Source of the DNA: Eledone cirrhosa
Taxonomy: Eukaryota
DNA length: 64,000 nt
Direction of reading: 5' to 3'
Assembly: GCA_964016885.1 (NCBI GenBank)
Contig: OZ024740.1
Location: forward strand, 169,570,001 to 169,634,000
The position numbers and the translations under genes are program-made. Positions 50,936 through 64,000 of the stretch are shown here, in pieces; position 1 is the first letter of the stretch, and the number at the start of each line of letters is the position of its first letter. The notes beneath the pieces are model-generated. The model was given only the letters and a program-made list of their open reading frames with translations, was not told the origin of the DNA and searched no databases.

Positions 50936-51067
50936 AAATCCTACACTCGCTAGTTGTGATACCTCTTCCAATAAATCTCAATGGTAACATAACAATAGGT
51001 AACTAAAAATATAAATAATATAGAATATTAAACAAATAACCATGTAATTCCTAGAAGGGTAACTGAC

Positions 51068-51204
51068 CTGTCTTTGAGCAACAACCTTTTCTAAACCCAC
51101 TGGATCCTCGTCAGAAGATTGTGAGTTCGTATGAAGACCTTGTTTTGATGGGTTGATTGTGATGCTTAGCTGATTAATGGTGGCATAAGGGTTTGTGTCA
51201 TCAA
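51068..51204 (-). CDS. Dscam: Dscam cytoplasmic exon: DDTNPYATINQLSITINPSKQGLHTNSQSSDEDPVGLEKVVAQRQ
   Basis: tgtttag acceptor, gtcagt donor, phase 1 to 0; PYAT motif as in invertebrate Dscam tails. Confidence 0.8.
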
Positions 51205-52230
51205 CTAAACAATGGGGAAACATGTCAAATCTTATTTAATATATCAATATGAGTAAGCATGTAAAAGTAATGATGTAGCGCAAAACCTCCATTTCATAAA
51301 GATAATCCAAGTTAATTAATGGTTTAACTGGGAATTAAAACTAACCTGTGACAAGAGTTTAAATCCAAATTTAAGATGTTACTTATAAAAATCTATAATG
51401 TTTATGAACCGTTAAGATTTTCGTATAAAAACTAAATTATATTAAACATTTATGAACAACAATATGATATTGATTTTCAAATGTATATTTCCCAGTGTTG
51501 TATTCCAATATTTAAATAGATAATGAATATTTAGGAATTTTACATATATACATATTAATGTGTGTGTGTGTATAAGTTTCCTTATATAAATTGCCATAAT
51601 TACTTTAGTTACGATTTTGAGGTAAACATATAGCTCGTGAAAGCTAATATCTACATAAACGAAACAACTTTCAACTGAAACCAAGAAATATGTTGTTTTT
51701 TTCTTATCAATAACCATGAATCCATCATCGCAGTCATAGTTCGTGTATAACACCAGCGGCACAGGCGATTCTATAAACAATATATCATAATTACTTGCCT
51801 GGTATTCAAAACTATAATTTTACGGTACAAGCAAAGTGAGCACATGGATAGAGGCACATTACGTCTTTTATGGGAAAGTTACTGGAGATCTGTGATATTA
51901 AGCTTTTTACTTGGACAGTATCAACACCATTGATTTGAAATACTTTCCAGACAAATATGAGCTTGCCCCCTTTTTAACTAGTTAGAGAGTAATCTATTTT
52001 AAGGGGAACTGTTACATTTTCAAGTGAAACTAAAGTGAATTTACAATAATGGAAGTAAGATTGGGCAGAATTTAAGAACATATGAACGAGAAAATGTTGA
52101 TTAATTTGACGAAGTGTATGACCAGCATTCACAGTAGAATGAATTAGGGCATACATAGAATGTGTCGGTAGCTTTTATCTTTTCTACACTGATACCACCT
52201 GACTTCAGAAACGAAATATTTAAAGCCATT

Positions 52231-52422
52231 AGGCGGTGGATTGGAGTATCGGTAGAGGGTCGGACGCCATGCTTTGCCACATAGAGTTACGGCCCGTTAC
52301 GGTCTGAGTTAAAATCCAGCCGAGGTTAACTTTGCCTTTCATCCTTACGGGGGTCGATAAAATAAAGTACCAGTAATGCACTGGGATAATTGCTGGCCTT
52401 GTGCCAAAAGAAGAAACAATTA
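52231..52422 (+). mobile_element. tRNA-derived SINE, sister of 32973-33157
   Basis: Highly similar to the reverse complement of the 33-kb copy along its whole length. Confidence 0.88.
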
Positions 52423-54350
52423 TTTAGTGTTCCATTTTATCGCTTTTGAGTAAACTAGGGACTAATCTAGAGTAACTGCTTAGATGGACACATTTGTTTC
52501 TGATGTTACTGCATAAATCCGTTTTATTTAAAAAATAAAAATAAAATCCAAAAAAAAAAAACATTCACAAAAGAAAAACAAAACAAAACAAAAGCAATAA
52601 AACAAGACAAAATATCATTTCACAGTCTAGAACTTTGTTAGTTGTAATGTTGATATTACATAATGAATTGATAATTATTTCAATGTGTGGAAACCAAAAT
52701 AAAAAGAAAGAATATAAAAGTGTGCAGCTCTCTAATTTGGACCGTGTTGCATTAAGTTTATCATCTTAAAATGTCTTTTTAATTCTTTTATTTTAGGAGT
52801 TTTGTTAATCCTGTGTTAGTATTACAGCATTAGATAAACAAATAAGAACGTTCAAATGGCACAGTCCATTTACAAATAGGAACGTTTAAATGGCACAGTC
52901 CATTTACAAATCTATTCAACGATGTGATGTTATTCATCGATACAATCAGCAAACAATTAAACATTTACAGAAGAGTATATTTGAATGACAACGGGTGATT
53001 TGGCTGAGTAGTTAGAATTTCGGACACCGAGTTCAAATTCGGCTGAGGTCAACTTTGCCTTTCATCCTTTCGTGGTCGATTATAAAAGTATCAGTCCATT
53101 ACTGGGTCGATTTTTCCTCTAATTCTCTTTCTCATCTCCTATATGTCACTGTCTCTCGCCCTCTCGGCTGTGATCAGAACTGGAGAGGGCATGGGCTCCG
53201 TTAGGTTTAAAGTACACTTGAAACACCATTTCTCACAACCCTACGACTACATCAGGAGACAGATTCTTACATATATATCCGAATGAATCTACTAATGGAT
53301 TATACTTCATTTCTCGTTTATGTAGGTATAAATTGCATATAGTTGAAATGATTTGAATTCAGAGCACAGTATTGAGGTTTCCACACAGAGTTTAGTTAGA
53401 CGAAATAAAATATTGTAAGATATTTCATATGCTCTACAATTTTTGTACCTCTATCTCAAGCACTCTATAATTTGCAAGTATTTTGTTAAGATTATCAAAT
53501 ATCAGGTAGGGGGCTGAGTTTGTTAGGCTAGCTTCTCGTAGACTAGCAATGACATGAACAGTCAACCTCTTGTGACTATACTCATTGAGTTATACAATTC
53601 CCATGTTTATCTTTATTTCCTTTTCAAGAAAACAGATATGAGTACATCTAGTAAGTTGATATTCAGTTAATAGCAACGTATCCTGGTTGGCAAGCTATAA
53701 GTAATATTTAGGTCTCGGAAATATTTTAAGTGTATTGTATATTGAATACGAGTGAAGGCATCGAATATATATTATATAACCAGAAATAGTGATAAGCGAG
53801 GAATGAACCCGAATCTTCAAATAAGTGTCCCACAAACAAGGAGTTATGGGGTTGTGTCTCGCTTGGTGCATGCTCATGTATTTTAACTCATGTTTTTCTT
53901 TTCTATTTTTGATATTTTAAATATATATTCTTTGAAAGATCTAGTTAAATAATAATAAAGTAGTTTGTTATTGTTTCTTTTTAATATTTTCATGGCATAC
54001 GTGTTCAGAATAATGTTACATAATGCATTTAAACAACTAACAATTTGTTATACATATAATTTTGAATTAGTACAGAAATATTTTGTAGTGGTTAAATAGA
54101 TTTAGGTTCTGAAGAAAACATCTCTATTTCTAACTAACATTTCATTCAATATCACAACAATTAAAAATGAACAGTGCTGTTTGGCAAGACAAAGCGCGAG
54201 GAAAGCGAGAGCAAAGCGAGGGCAGGGATATATATATATATATACACACACAAACACACACGCATACATATATATATATCTACTTATATATACATATATA
54301 ATTACATATATATATATATAATGTATATATATACACGCATATCTATACAT

Positions 54351-54386
<36 letters not shown>

Positions 54387-54627
54387 GTGTGTATTCTTAT
54401 ATGCATGTGTGTGTATATGTGTTTGTATGTGTGTTAATGTCCTTAAAGCGGTTAGAATGTACATAAGTTAGAAGTTGAAAACATATTAGTTATAAGTAAG
54501 GATTATAAAGGGGGTGCTTTTGACCATGAGGAAATTGTTTGCGGTTCTTAGCCATATGGCGCTGAGTAGCAGCAGCAATAGCAGAAGAAGGCTGGGAGTG
54601 TTCACCTAGAGTTACTGATTAGCAGCT

Positions 54628-55139
54628 CTAGGTGATACCCAAAGCAGAGAAACCCAACAAATAATAAGGCAGATTAAGCTTCTCACATGCGTCGACTGAA
54701 ACCGATGCGTAGGGCGCGGTGGTGTCATAAACATTACTGGTATACGGCTTTGTATTGTAGGATGTGGCTGTTTTAGGGGCAGTGTTACTGACATAGCAAT
54801 TAGAGAGAGTCGCAGCATATGGCGAGGACCAGGGATGCACTGCGATACCAGCTCGATTCGGGGCACAACAAATGTCACCGGAATTCTTGCCTCCTTCCCT
54901 TGATGGGTAGGCGGTATGATACAACCAAGAAGTATGCTCGCTGCCTGCTGACCCATTCATTCTGCCATTGTTAGCCATCAATTCGGGCAGCGTTGCAGAT
55001 GTCAGTAAACTTAGATTGCGTTTGCAGAACGAGTCCGGCATACCTCCTCCACAGTCCATATCAAGGTTCAATCGTTTGTCCAAGTCGTTCATTAATGATG
55101 TCTCCGCTGTGATGTCCCGACGTAGGTTTGAAGCCGTTT
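54628..55139 (-). CDS. Dscam: Dscam first cytoplasmic exon: (E)TASNLRRDITAETSLMNDLDKRL..; 3' boundary unresolved
   Basis: tttccag acceptor in phase 1 after the TM exon; frame is open to TAG at 54628; several phase-1 GT donors lie inside. Confidence 0.78.
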
Positions 55140-55440
55140 CTGGAAAGTGAAACTCTGTCAAAAGTCACATGGATAGAAAAATGCGACAGTTCAACTAATC
55201 ACAATTCAAACATTGCATAAATTTGCAAAATCTCTCTTTATTTTTCATATACACAGTCAAGCCCAGGTGCATGCACATACAAGTCCAGACACACGCACAC
55301 ACGCACACGCACACACAAACACAGACACAACTCCCTAATTTTTTTCTTTCTCAGTTTTAAATTACATTGACAATGCATTCTTTCAATTTATTCCAAACGT
55401 AAACATGTAGCATGTTGTCTCATTTAATCACACATTCGTA

Positions 55441-55718
55441 ATACATACATACATACATACATACATACATACATACATACATACATACATACATACATAC
55501 ATGTATACTACATACATCCATACATACATCCATACATACATACATACATACATCCTTACATATATACATACATACATACATACATTATTTCTTACATACA
55601 TACATCCTTACATATATACATACATACATACATACATACATTCATAATACATACATACATACATACATACATACATACATACATACATACATACATACAT
55701 ACATACATACATACATAC
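55441..55718. repeat. (TACA)n microsatellite
   Basis: Directly visible. Confidence 0.97.
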
Positions 55719-56309
55719 TTATTAATTTACACGTGCAAACATAAGTAATTATATTTACATATTTATATACACACATGAATATATTAACACATTAATTACA
55801 TTATTAAGGCAACATAAGTGATATAATATTTTAGATTACCATAGACTTTAGTAATAGAGATAAACAGGAAGAGTGTGAACAAATTAAACAGAGGGTAAAT
55901 TTTGATAAACATAGACATTTATCACGCATGAAAAAGATAGGGTAAATGTGCAAGAATACACAGACATATATGTAGATATCATATGACGGAGATACCGAGA
56001 TAGATGGATAGAGTGTGAAATAGATGCACAGACAGATATGAAATTAAAAAAATGGACTGACAGTTAGGATTTAAAAGACATCGAAATAGTGAGGGGAAGA
56101 GATAGAAATATATAGTGCAGAAGATTTAGACTGCAAAGAATTAATATGAGAGATATAGACAAAAAGAAATAGCAACAAAATCTCCTAGAGTAAGACGGTA
56201 CCATTTAGAAATATATGGAGCATATTTAACAAAATGATAATTACTGGAATCCCTTTAGTTTTGGGATTAATCGATCAGAGCTAAGCATCAACATTTTTTA
56301 CACAACACT

Positions 56310-56632
56310 TCCAACAAGGGTCTTTGGAGTAACGTTGCTCGGTAAAGTGCGTAATTCGGAGATCAGAGAGTCACTCCAGATAGAGACACTACTTCTCCGA
56401 ATTGAGAGATCACAGCCCCAATACTATGGCTATGTGGTTAGAATGTCTCAGGATAGAATCGCTGGAGGTATTTTACGGGCAAAACCGGCAAGATGCTTGG
56501 ATGACATCCATGGTCATGCTTGGGGATCAAGCCGGATCAGTCGGAGACGGTTGTTTCGGACAGGACCCGCTGGAGGGAGTTTGAGGACTCTTCCTCCAAG
56601 ATGCTCTCAGGAATATGTGGGCAAAGAAGAAG
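56310..56632 (+). pseudogene. RTE-like LINE 3' fragment
   Basis: VTLLGKVRNSEIRESLQIETLLLRIERSQPQYYGYVVRMSQDRI resembles the RTE C-terminal LRWFGHV.RM region. Confidence 0.72.
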
Positions 56633-56756
56633 ATAGTTTTCAATGTGCAAACGATGAAGCGTTCATAAGAGAGAATGTAATGAGAGAAGGGAAAGCAATA
56701 TATCTTAAGTGTATATAGTACAAAAGAAGAATATATGAAAACCCCAATATATATAC

Positions 56757-56918
56757 CTTTAAACCGAAGTCTTTCACTGCGTCTCCGGCACCACAGAAGG
56801 ACAGCCACGGCAGCAACTAGAATGAGGACAATTCCTGTACATAGGGGTAACATGACGTAAATCTTCTCGTAGAATTTACCTTCTTTGCGATGTACTACAT
56901 ATAATGGGCGGATTGTAC
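56757..56918 (-). CDS. Dscam: Dscam transmembrane exon: (S)TIRPLY..IYVMLPLCTGIVLILVAAVAVLLWCRRRSERLRFK
   Basis: Hydrophobic span followed by a basic stop-transfer; ag/gt boundaries; phase 1 to 1. Confidence 0.9.
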
Positions 56919-56977
56919 CTAGATAAAACGGAAGTGTAATGTTTACATGGTTACCTTCAATAAAAAGCCACATATGA

Positions 56978-57030
<53 letters not shown>

Positions 57031-57198
57031 ATTAAGAATGGTTTTCCGAAGAGGAACGGGAGGGAACCACAGTTAAATAGGGTACTCAATACATTAGTAG
57101 AGAAGTTGCATATTTAGTTTATATAGAAATCACTTTTACAGGACTAGAGCATTTGAAATTAGCAGTTGTAGTCTTGTAAAAAAACATATATATATATA

Positions 57199-57758
57199 TG
57201 GTGGCTGCCAACTCGTTTTCGAGTACGGCCACTACTTTATATCCATGTAGGAGAACACCTACCGATGCGCTGAACGAGTGTGACTTTTTAGTCCAGCCAG
57301 CGACTTGAAAACTCTGGTACAAACACTACACTTGTAACAATTATTGACACATAGTGCTGGGCCCATGTGACGACAAGTGCAGAGAGATATCCAGATATAA
57401 AGCAATGCCTGTGCCGTGAAGCTTTTATAGTGAACAAAGGCACTGCACAAAGCCAGTCCTACTCTCTTAACCAAGATGATATTTACCAAAAAGAAGAACA
57501 AGTCAACATCATTGTATACCATCAGAGTTGCAGGTGTTATATCAGAGTTTTCCTTCTCCTAGAATTCTGCCTTGACAAAGGCTAAGAGTTCATCTCTCCC
57601 GGTGATTTTGGATGGCCATTGACTCTTAAGAGCTCCTTTGCCCTTTGACAAGTTTTGTTTTTAGTCCTGCAGGATGTCGAAAGTCACCCTCCTCACCAAG
57701 AAACCTTGGTGGCGTTGCCAGTTTAGTCGCCAACGACCCGACCATGAGACAGGTTGTA
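57199..57758 (-). mobile_element. Short non-autonomous RTE derivative (5' UTR joined to C2H2-coding 3' end)
   Basis: RTE-type leader motif CTAGGAGAAGGAAAACTCTGA, then CSVCTRVFKSLAGLKSHTRSAHR* and tail GGCCGTACTCGAAAACGAG..GCAGCCACC. Confidence 0.72.
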
Positions 57759-57910
57759 TATATATATACATACATACATACATACATACATACATACATA
57801 CATACATACATAATAAATAATGGCTGCCCCCTCGTTATCGAGTATGGCCATTGCACGAGGAGAAAGAAAAAAAAAAATAAAAAAAATAATAATAATAATA
57901 AATAAATTTA

Positions 57911-57961
<51 letters not shown>

Positions 57962-58149
57962 CATATATACACACACACACACACACACATACATTAATAA
58001 CAATAATAATAATAATAATAACAACAATAATAATAACAACAATAATAATAACGACAACAACAATAATAATATACATATACACATATATATACACACACAC
58101 GCACACATATAAGCATATCTACACACACACACACACGCGCGATAGCAAC

Positions 58150-58712
58150 TAACAGCGCTGAGATCGAATGTGGCTTTTTAGCCCAGCCAATGATCTAAAA
58201 TGTCTTGCGCAGAGTCGGCATCCAAAACATTTACTGGGAATAGTCGGCTGTGGTTGGAGTTCATATACTTTTGCATGTCGTTTGAGCCCTCCTGCTGATT
58301 TACATTCTCTACCACATGTATGGCATGCATGATGAGTAGCATCTCCAACAGCAGCCTGGTAGTCAACCACTGGTCTTTCTTTATGACTGCGAAGATGACT
58401 TTCGAGTCCAGCTTTGCTTAGGCAGAGTCTCGCACATACGCTGCATGTCAGCACCATAGGAGGACCCTCGCCGTCTGGAAGTGCAACAGCAATGCCCTTC
58501 CTCACATCCCGCTTTACTTTCTCGTTTGCGATTCGAGATGCCTCAAAAGCAACTTTTCCCTCATATACAGTCTTTCTCCATTTATTACGATCAGCAGCAA
58601 TATTCTCCCATGTATGAGCAGAGATGTTAGCGTCTTTCAGAGAGGCTTTCAAGGAATCCTTATACCTCTTCTTTGGTTTATGTGGCGGTCGTTTTCCTTT
58701 AACCAACTCTCC
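58150..58712 (-). pseudogene. RTE ORF C-terminal fragment with three C2H2-type fingers
   Basis: YGELVKGKRP..PKKRYKDSLKASLK..WENIAADRNKWR; CSVC..SHLRSH, CHTC..RHAKV, CRLC..SHIRS. Confidence 0.85.
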
Positions 58713-58733
58713 ATACATACATACATACATACA

Positions 58734-58767
<34 letters not shown>

Positions 58768-60065
58768 CATACATACATGGTGGTTGCACCCTCGTTATCG
58801 AGTATGGCCATTGCACGATATAACATTATTAATAATTATCAATTTATGCTATCGTGCAATACCTGTGCATGAAGATTTTTTTAAAGTGAGGAAAGACTGT
58901 CCACTGAGCCAATCCCACTCTCTGAGAGACAGTAGTTATAATCCGTAAAGAAGAAAAGATCAACATCATCGGTAACTACATACATACATACATGATGGCT
59001 GCAAACTATGCTAAGAGTTTTGCAATTGCTTGACAGATTATAGAGCGCGATGAAATAATGAGTGAAAGCGAAGAATGTACGCATTTACTAATTTACTTTA
59101 GATCCTTTTATCGAATTTAAATTAAATAAGACATAATTCCTCAAGTTGTTCTTGATTTAGATGATGGCAATAATTGTGATGATGATCATAAAAATAATTA
59201 ATTAATTTAGAACTGTTTATTCACATATTTACTCATCATTCTATTTACTTCTACTTATTAATTCACCTTACACCAACATAATGGTTATCTTTTAGTACTT
59301 TAAACTTTTTCTCATTAACCTGATTTTTCATTTAATTCAAATTACACAGGTATTCTCGATCTAAAGTTTCAACATCTCACTTTGGACGACGACGATGACG
59401 ATGACGATGACGATGATGATGATGATGATGATGATGAGGAGGAGGAGGAGGAGGAGGAGGATGGCGATGATGGTGATGTTAATGACATCAGCTATAATTA
59501 TCATTAACTTAAGATTCTTTCAAATCTCCCAACATCTCTATCATATATATAAAGGTCTTCCCAATAAAACCTTTTGACGGACTTATAGCGGATCGGGATA
59601 GTAATGGCCAACTGCAAGAATGAGCCATGTGAGGCTCTAACAACGCTTCTCCTCGACATCTCTCGCCATAATGCATTTGCCACTTTATCTGCCATGATTT
59701 CCTTTATTCATTAAAAGAAACATTTAATGCATTTCTCAATTTATTTGTTTATTTACATTCACCTATTTATATATTTTAATCATTTATTAAATTTACATTC
59801 CATTCTTCCTATCCCGTCTTATTTCTTGAACTGGAGAATTTGGTCTTCAATTGTTCTCAAAGGCCAGTGCATCAGTTTCATTCAAAATTCTGTCCTATCA
59901 CTCCATATCTACATGGAAGGCAGAAATGTTATATTCATTACTAATAATACCATTCCCTTTACTCACCCCAGCCGTCTCGTGCCTAGTGTTGTAGGAAATA
60001 TTCTTTCTAATAAAAATGGATAGTCAGAAAATATAATGACAGATGTAACATGTATAAAATCTTAC

Positions 60066-60186
60066 TTCCGGCGTAAGTAAGTGTCCCAAAATTAAGTAAA
60101 CTTTCTGTTGATCCTGCTTCGTTGTGGGCAGTCAATTTCATCCAATACCATGTGGCTGCACGCAGGTCTTGAACCGTAAAAGACGT
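60066..60186 (-). CDS. Dscam: Dscam FN3-6 second half: TSFTVQDLRAATWYWMKLTAHNEAGSTESLLNFGTLTYAG
   Basis: L..ATWY....TAHNEAG..F.TLT..G signature; cag/gtaag; phase 0 to 1. Confidence 0.93.
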
Positions 60187-61461
60187 CTGATAATTAAAGA
60201 AATTAATTGTTTGGACGTTAACAAACCACTGAGCCACAAAATTATACTTGTTATGTCAGAACAGGAATAGTAGAAAAGAAAAACATACAAAATTAAAATA
60301 TTTCTAGCATCACTAAAATCATCTATATGTCGAAATGTAATGGTTTTCTAAAATAGATACATTATATCATTTTTATCATGGCTTAGTCAAAAGTTGTAGT
60401 GCATTGGTAAGGACAGTGCTCATGATATTCTATGGAGTTCCTCCCAGATTTATGGGATATATAGAGAAAGAAACGGTGACTCCTGGATTTTCCTCAAGCT
60501 AGCTGCTCGGTGAGAATTCTTGAAACATAGTGGATTCTGCTAATGGCAATTTAAAGCCAAGACGTGCTGCTTGGTCAAAAACAAGTATAGTTTATCCGAT
60601 GGACTTCTGCACATTTTCCGTCTATTCAATTTCAAATGCGCAACCCCGCGACTAAAAAGCAAACATCACAACGATGCAGCCATATATTACATTCCGGAAT
60701 AGTTTTGCTATTATATTAATTCATAAAAGTACCTAAGTTTGTAAAATGGAATAAGGAAGCTGTTCACCATATATTTCTTATATATACATGACACCTCAAT
60801 GTATGATGTCACACTATATGATTCATTAACATATCACATTCCATTTTGTTTTGGAAGATATATTGTGTAAACAGCGAAACATCACATAATTCAATATTGT
60901 TTCTGACATCGAAACTAAAATGACACAAGCCATAAATCAAAGTGGGTTTAATAGAATATTACTGAAGTAAGTTTCAAGTGAAAAACATTAAATAATCAAT
61001 TTTACTTCATGATATGCATTCAAAATGAATGATAGTTTCATCAATCTTAGCCTAAATAAACATTGCTGATACGGTACTAATAGACGTCGAATCTAAGAAG
61101 GTGCAATTAGCAGCTATATATCTCCGTCACTTGATTTGGTTTAACGCATTTTGAGTTGATTCTAGCAGTGGAATTACCGAAACATTTTACGACAAAATAT
61201 CAAAAGAATTAGTTTTTGAATGATTGTGAGGCAAACAATTTCAAATACTGTCTTAAAAGGAAAGTATATGTTGGATAATATAGCTTTGGATACATTTTAC
61301 CTTAAAAATTCATGAGGATAATGTCTTAATACAAATTATCACATACCTAGTCAATCAGTTCCCATTTGGGGTTAAAAGTAACTGAGTGTTAAGTAGAATT
61401 GTATTAAATGTAATTAAGAGTTTAACTTTTTAATTGACTGCGATGCAATATAAAATCTTAC

Positions 61462-61637
61462 CCTATTGCCATCAACGTGATTTGAAACTTCAACCCATTC
61501 AGTATGTTCATTCCAACGATATTTCACAGTAAAAAAATTGATAGGGCATCCACCTGATCTCCAGGCTGACAGATCCAGTTTAACAAATGTTGAGTTCACG
61601 GACTTCAGTGTTAACTCTTGTGTTGGCATTACGGGAG
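61462..61637 (-). CDS. Dscam: Dscam FN3-6 first half: (S)PVMPTQE..VNSTFVKLDLSAWRSGGCPINFFTVKYR..W..VSN
   Basis: NST...L.L.AW..GGCPI..F motif characteristic of Dscam FN6; phase 1 to 0. Confidence 0.94.
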
Positions 61638-62374
61638 CTTTAAGATGAAAGTGTTAGAAAGAATTAGTATTCTGACCTTTGCGGGAGCAAAATAGATGTG
61701 TGTGTGTGTGAGAGAGAGAGAGATAGATAGAGAGAGAGAGAGTGTGAGAGATAGAGAGAGAGAGAGAGAGAGAGAATTGGTAGCAACAGTAAATAGATAA
61801 CTAGTACTTAAATATGAATTCATTCTATGATTCACATTTGAAAATTGTCTGAAGAAAAATAGATCAAAATTAGTTTTACCCAAAATATTCAAGTTGACCC
61901 AATACGTTATTGGAATGTGAGTGAAAGTATTGTCAGTATACTAGAATATACAGTGCTGCATTGTGTATAGAACCTAGAGACATATCTCCTCTAATAATCA
62001 AATACACTTTTGTCTAATCAGACATTTCTACAAATATCACCAGCTATTTTAATCTTATTTGTAGGTATTTGCCTTTAGTTCAAATCCCCTATTCATCAGC
62101 TGCCATCACTGCCGTATCACATGGTTGTCATCTCTATATTTTCTTTTTGAGTTACAAAGTCCTGTTTTGTTTTGTTATGATATCGTCTCACGTACAACTC
62201 ATCAACAGACCGGTCATCCAATCTGTTGCTCAAACTGTCATCAAATGTGCAGTGCCACCTAATTGCACGAAAGTGTACTGCCAGCAAGGTGGCTGATGAG
62301 GTAGAGATGCATCTGTTGTGTTACATAACTGTGTGCACTTTCTGCTGATACTGATATACTTATATCCACATCTG

Positions 62375-62428
<54 letters not shown>

Positions 62429-62446
62429 TATATGTATATACACACG

Positions 62447-62539
<93 letters not shown>

Positions 62540-62559
62540 ATATACATATATATATATGT

Positions 62560-62611
<52 letters not shown>

Positions 62612-63036
62612 CACTCAGCGGATCTTCAACCCTCTACTAGATGAAGCATCAGTATCTATTCTGGTTACTTTGGCTTATTTGTCATCATTGGCGATGTGCA
62701 GAGTAGACAAGGAAGAGAATTTGAATGCAGGATGTAAAGCACCAGGGCAGATACCACAAAGTATCTTGTCGTAGGCACTGACAATTCTGCTAATCCACCG
62801 CCTTGGGTGGTACTTTATTTATCGATCATGAAAGGGTGACAGGAAAAGGTGACCTCAATGAGATGTGTAGTCATAGCACAGAGACCCGCAAAAAATGACT
62901 TAGAGCAATTAATACTACTTTCTAATACAACGACATACAGTAGAAGCAAGGTAAAATTTAGACAAAGTTGTTTTAGGGTCTGGAACTCATTGGTCAGCTT
63001 GACGATGTAAATCAATTCTAAAATATTTCAACTTAC

Positions 63037-63222
63037 AAGAACCATTGGTTTTAGCACTGATCTGTGCACTGTCATCACTAACACCAATTTTATTGAAGGA
63101 GTTGACCATGAAACGGTATCCTGTTCCACATTTCAGTTCCTTGAACATGTATGTACGGCTTATAGGGTCAGTTTCCAAAGTCTGCCATTCTCCATGTTCC
63201 TTCTTGAATTTAACATAAAATC
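63037..63222 (-). CDS. Dscam: Dscam FN3-5 second part: (G)FYVKFKKEHGEW..LKCGTGYRFMVNSFNKIGVSDDSAQISAKTNGS
   Basis: L.CGT.Y....FNKIG..S....AKT.G signature; tttcag/gtaagt; phase 1 to 1. Confidence 0.94.
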
Positions 63223-63564
63223 CTGAAATATCATTGACAGTTATTTAATAATATACATGTTAATATACAATGCACGCGCCAAACATTTTAATGACGCTTT
63301 GTTCACTAAAGCTGAAGATAGATTTGGGGTACAATGAGACACTACATACTTTTTGAGGTAATGTTTTATAGGCGAATGCTATTCCCAGCACCAACCCATT
63401 AAGTCACCTCTCACGACATGCAGGAATGCGAGTGCACCTATTCTACACAGAATACATACAGGACGTTGTTTAATAAAGATTAACATGAAGTTGAGAATAT
63501 CGTTACGATTGAAATAACATTAGAGAATCTAGAATATATGAAACAATAGACATTTAAATTTTAC

Positions 63565-63663
63565 CTGTTATTTTACTTCCACCATTGTGTCGAGATTTCC
63601 AATTGATCTGTATCGTAGATGCTGTTGTTGAAGCCATCTCTAATATTGGTTCTCGGGGTATAA
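63565..63663 (-). CDS. Dscam: Dscam FN3-5 first part: [32 protein letters not shown](G); gene continues beyond the window
   Basis: ttctag acceptor, gtaa donor; P..P....T.S.I..W..NGGS.I.G FN3 pattern. Confidence 0.88.
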
Positions 63664-63693
63664 CTAGAAGAAACCACCGTACATGTTATTATG

Positions 63694-63767
<74 letters not shown>

Positions 63768-63773
63768 ACACAC

Positions 63774-63830
<57 letters not shown>

Positions 63831-63836
63831 ACACAC

Positions 63837-63886
<50 letters not shown>

Positions 63887-64000
63887 ATATAAACGACCTC
63901 CTCACCAAGCTCATAGTTAATACAAAAACAATGGTTGTTGTTATTAATTTGTGATTGCATAACACACGGCGATTTCGAATAATGGCGTATATAAACTTAT

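Noticed and set aside
58150-58460. Host C2H2 zinc-finger gene
   Set aside because: The fingers are in frame with an RTE C-terminus and lack TGEKP linkers.

Overview
Animal genomic DNA, AT-rich and full of microsatellites; the repeat content suggests an octopus or other coleoid cephalopod (inference). The window has two parts. (1) 1-22.3 kb is an almost continuous train of nine non-LTR retrotransposon copies, each bounded by (TAA)n or TAA-like sequence. Seven are R4/Dong-like RLE elements from three divergent families, all on +, one with an intact 1216-aa ORF. Two are L1/Tx1-like APE elements on -, one full-length with both ORFs intact. (2) 23.2-64 kb holds the 3' half of a Dscam gene on the - strand. 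I traced 13 exons by splice site and phase: FN3-5, FN3-6, TM and a cytoplasmic tail ending DYTIV*; one donor site is unresolved. The introns carry Chapaev3-like and mariner DNA-transposon relics, RTE/LINE fragments, tRNA-derived SINEs and many fold-back repeats resembling Penelope-like element (PLE) termini. Several fold-backs carry hammerhead ribozyme motifs in Dscam-sense orientation, two with a compensated U3-A8 core. All calls come from reading the sequence by eye; no searches or folding programs were run.
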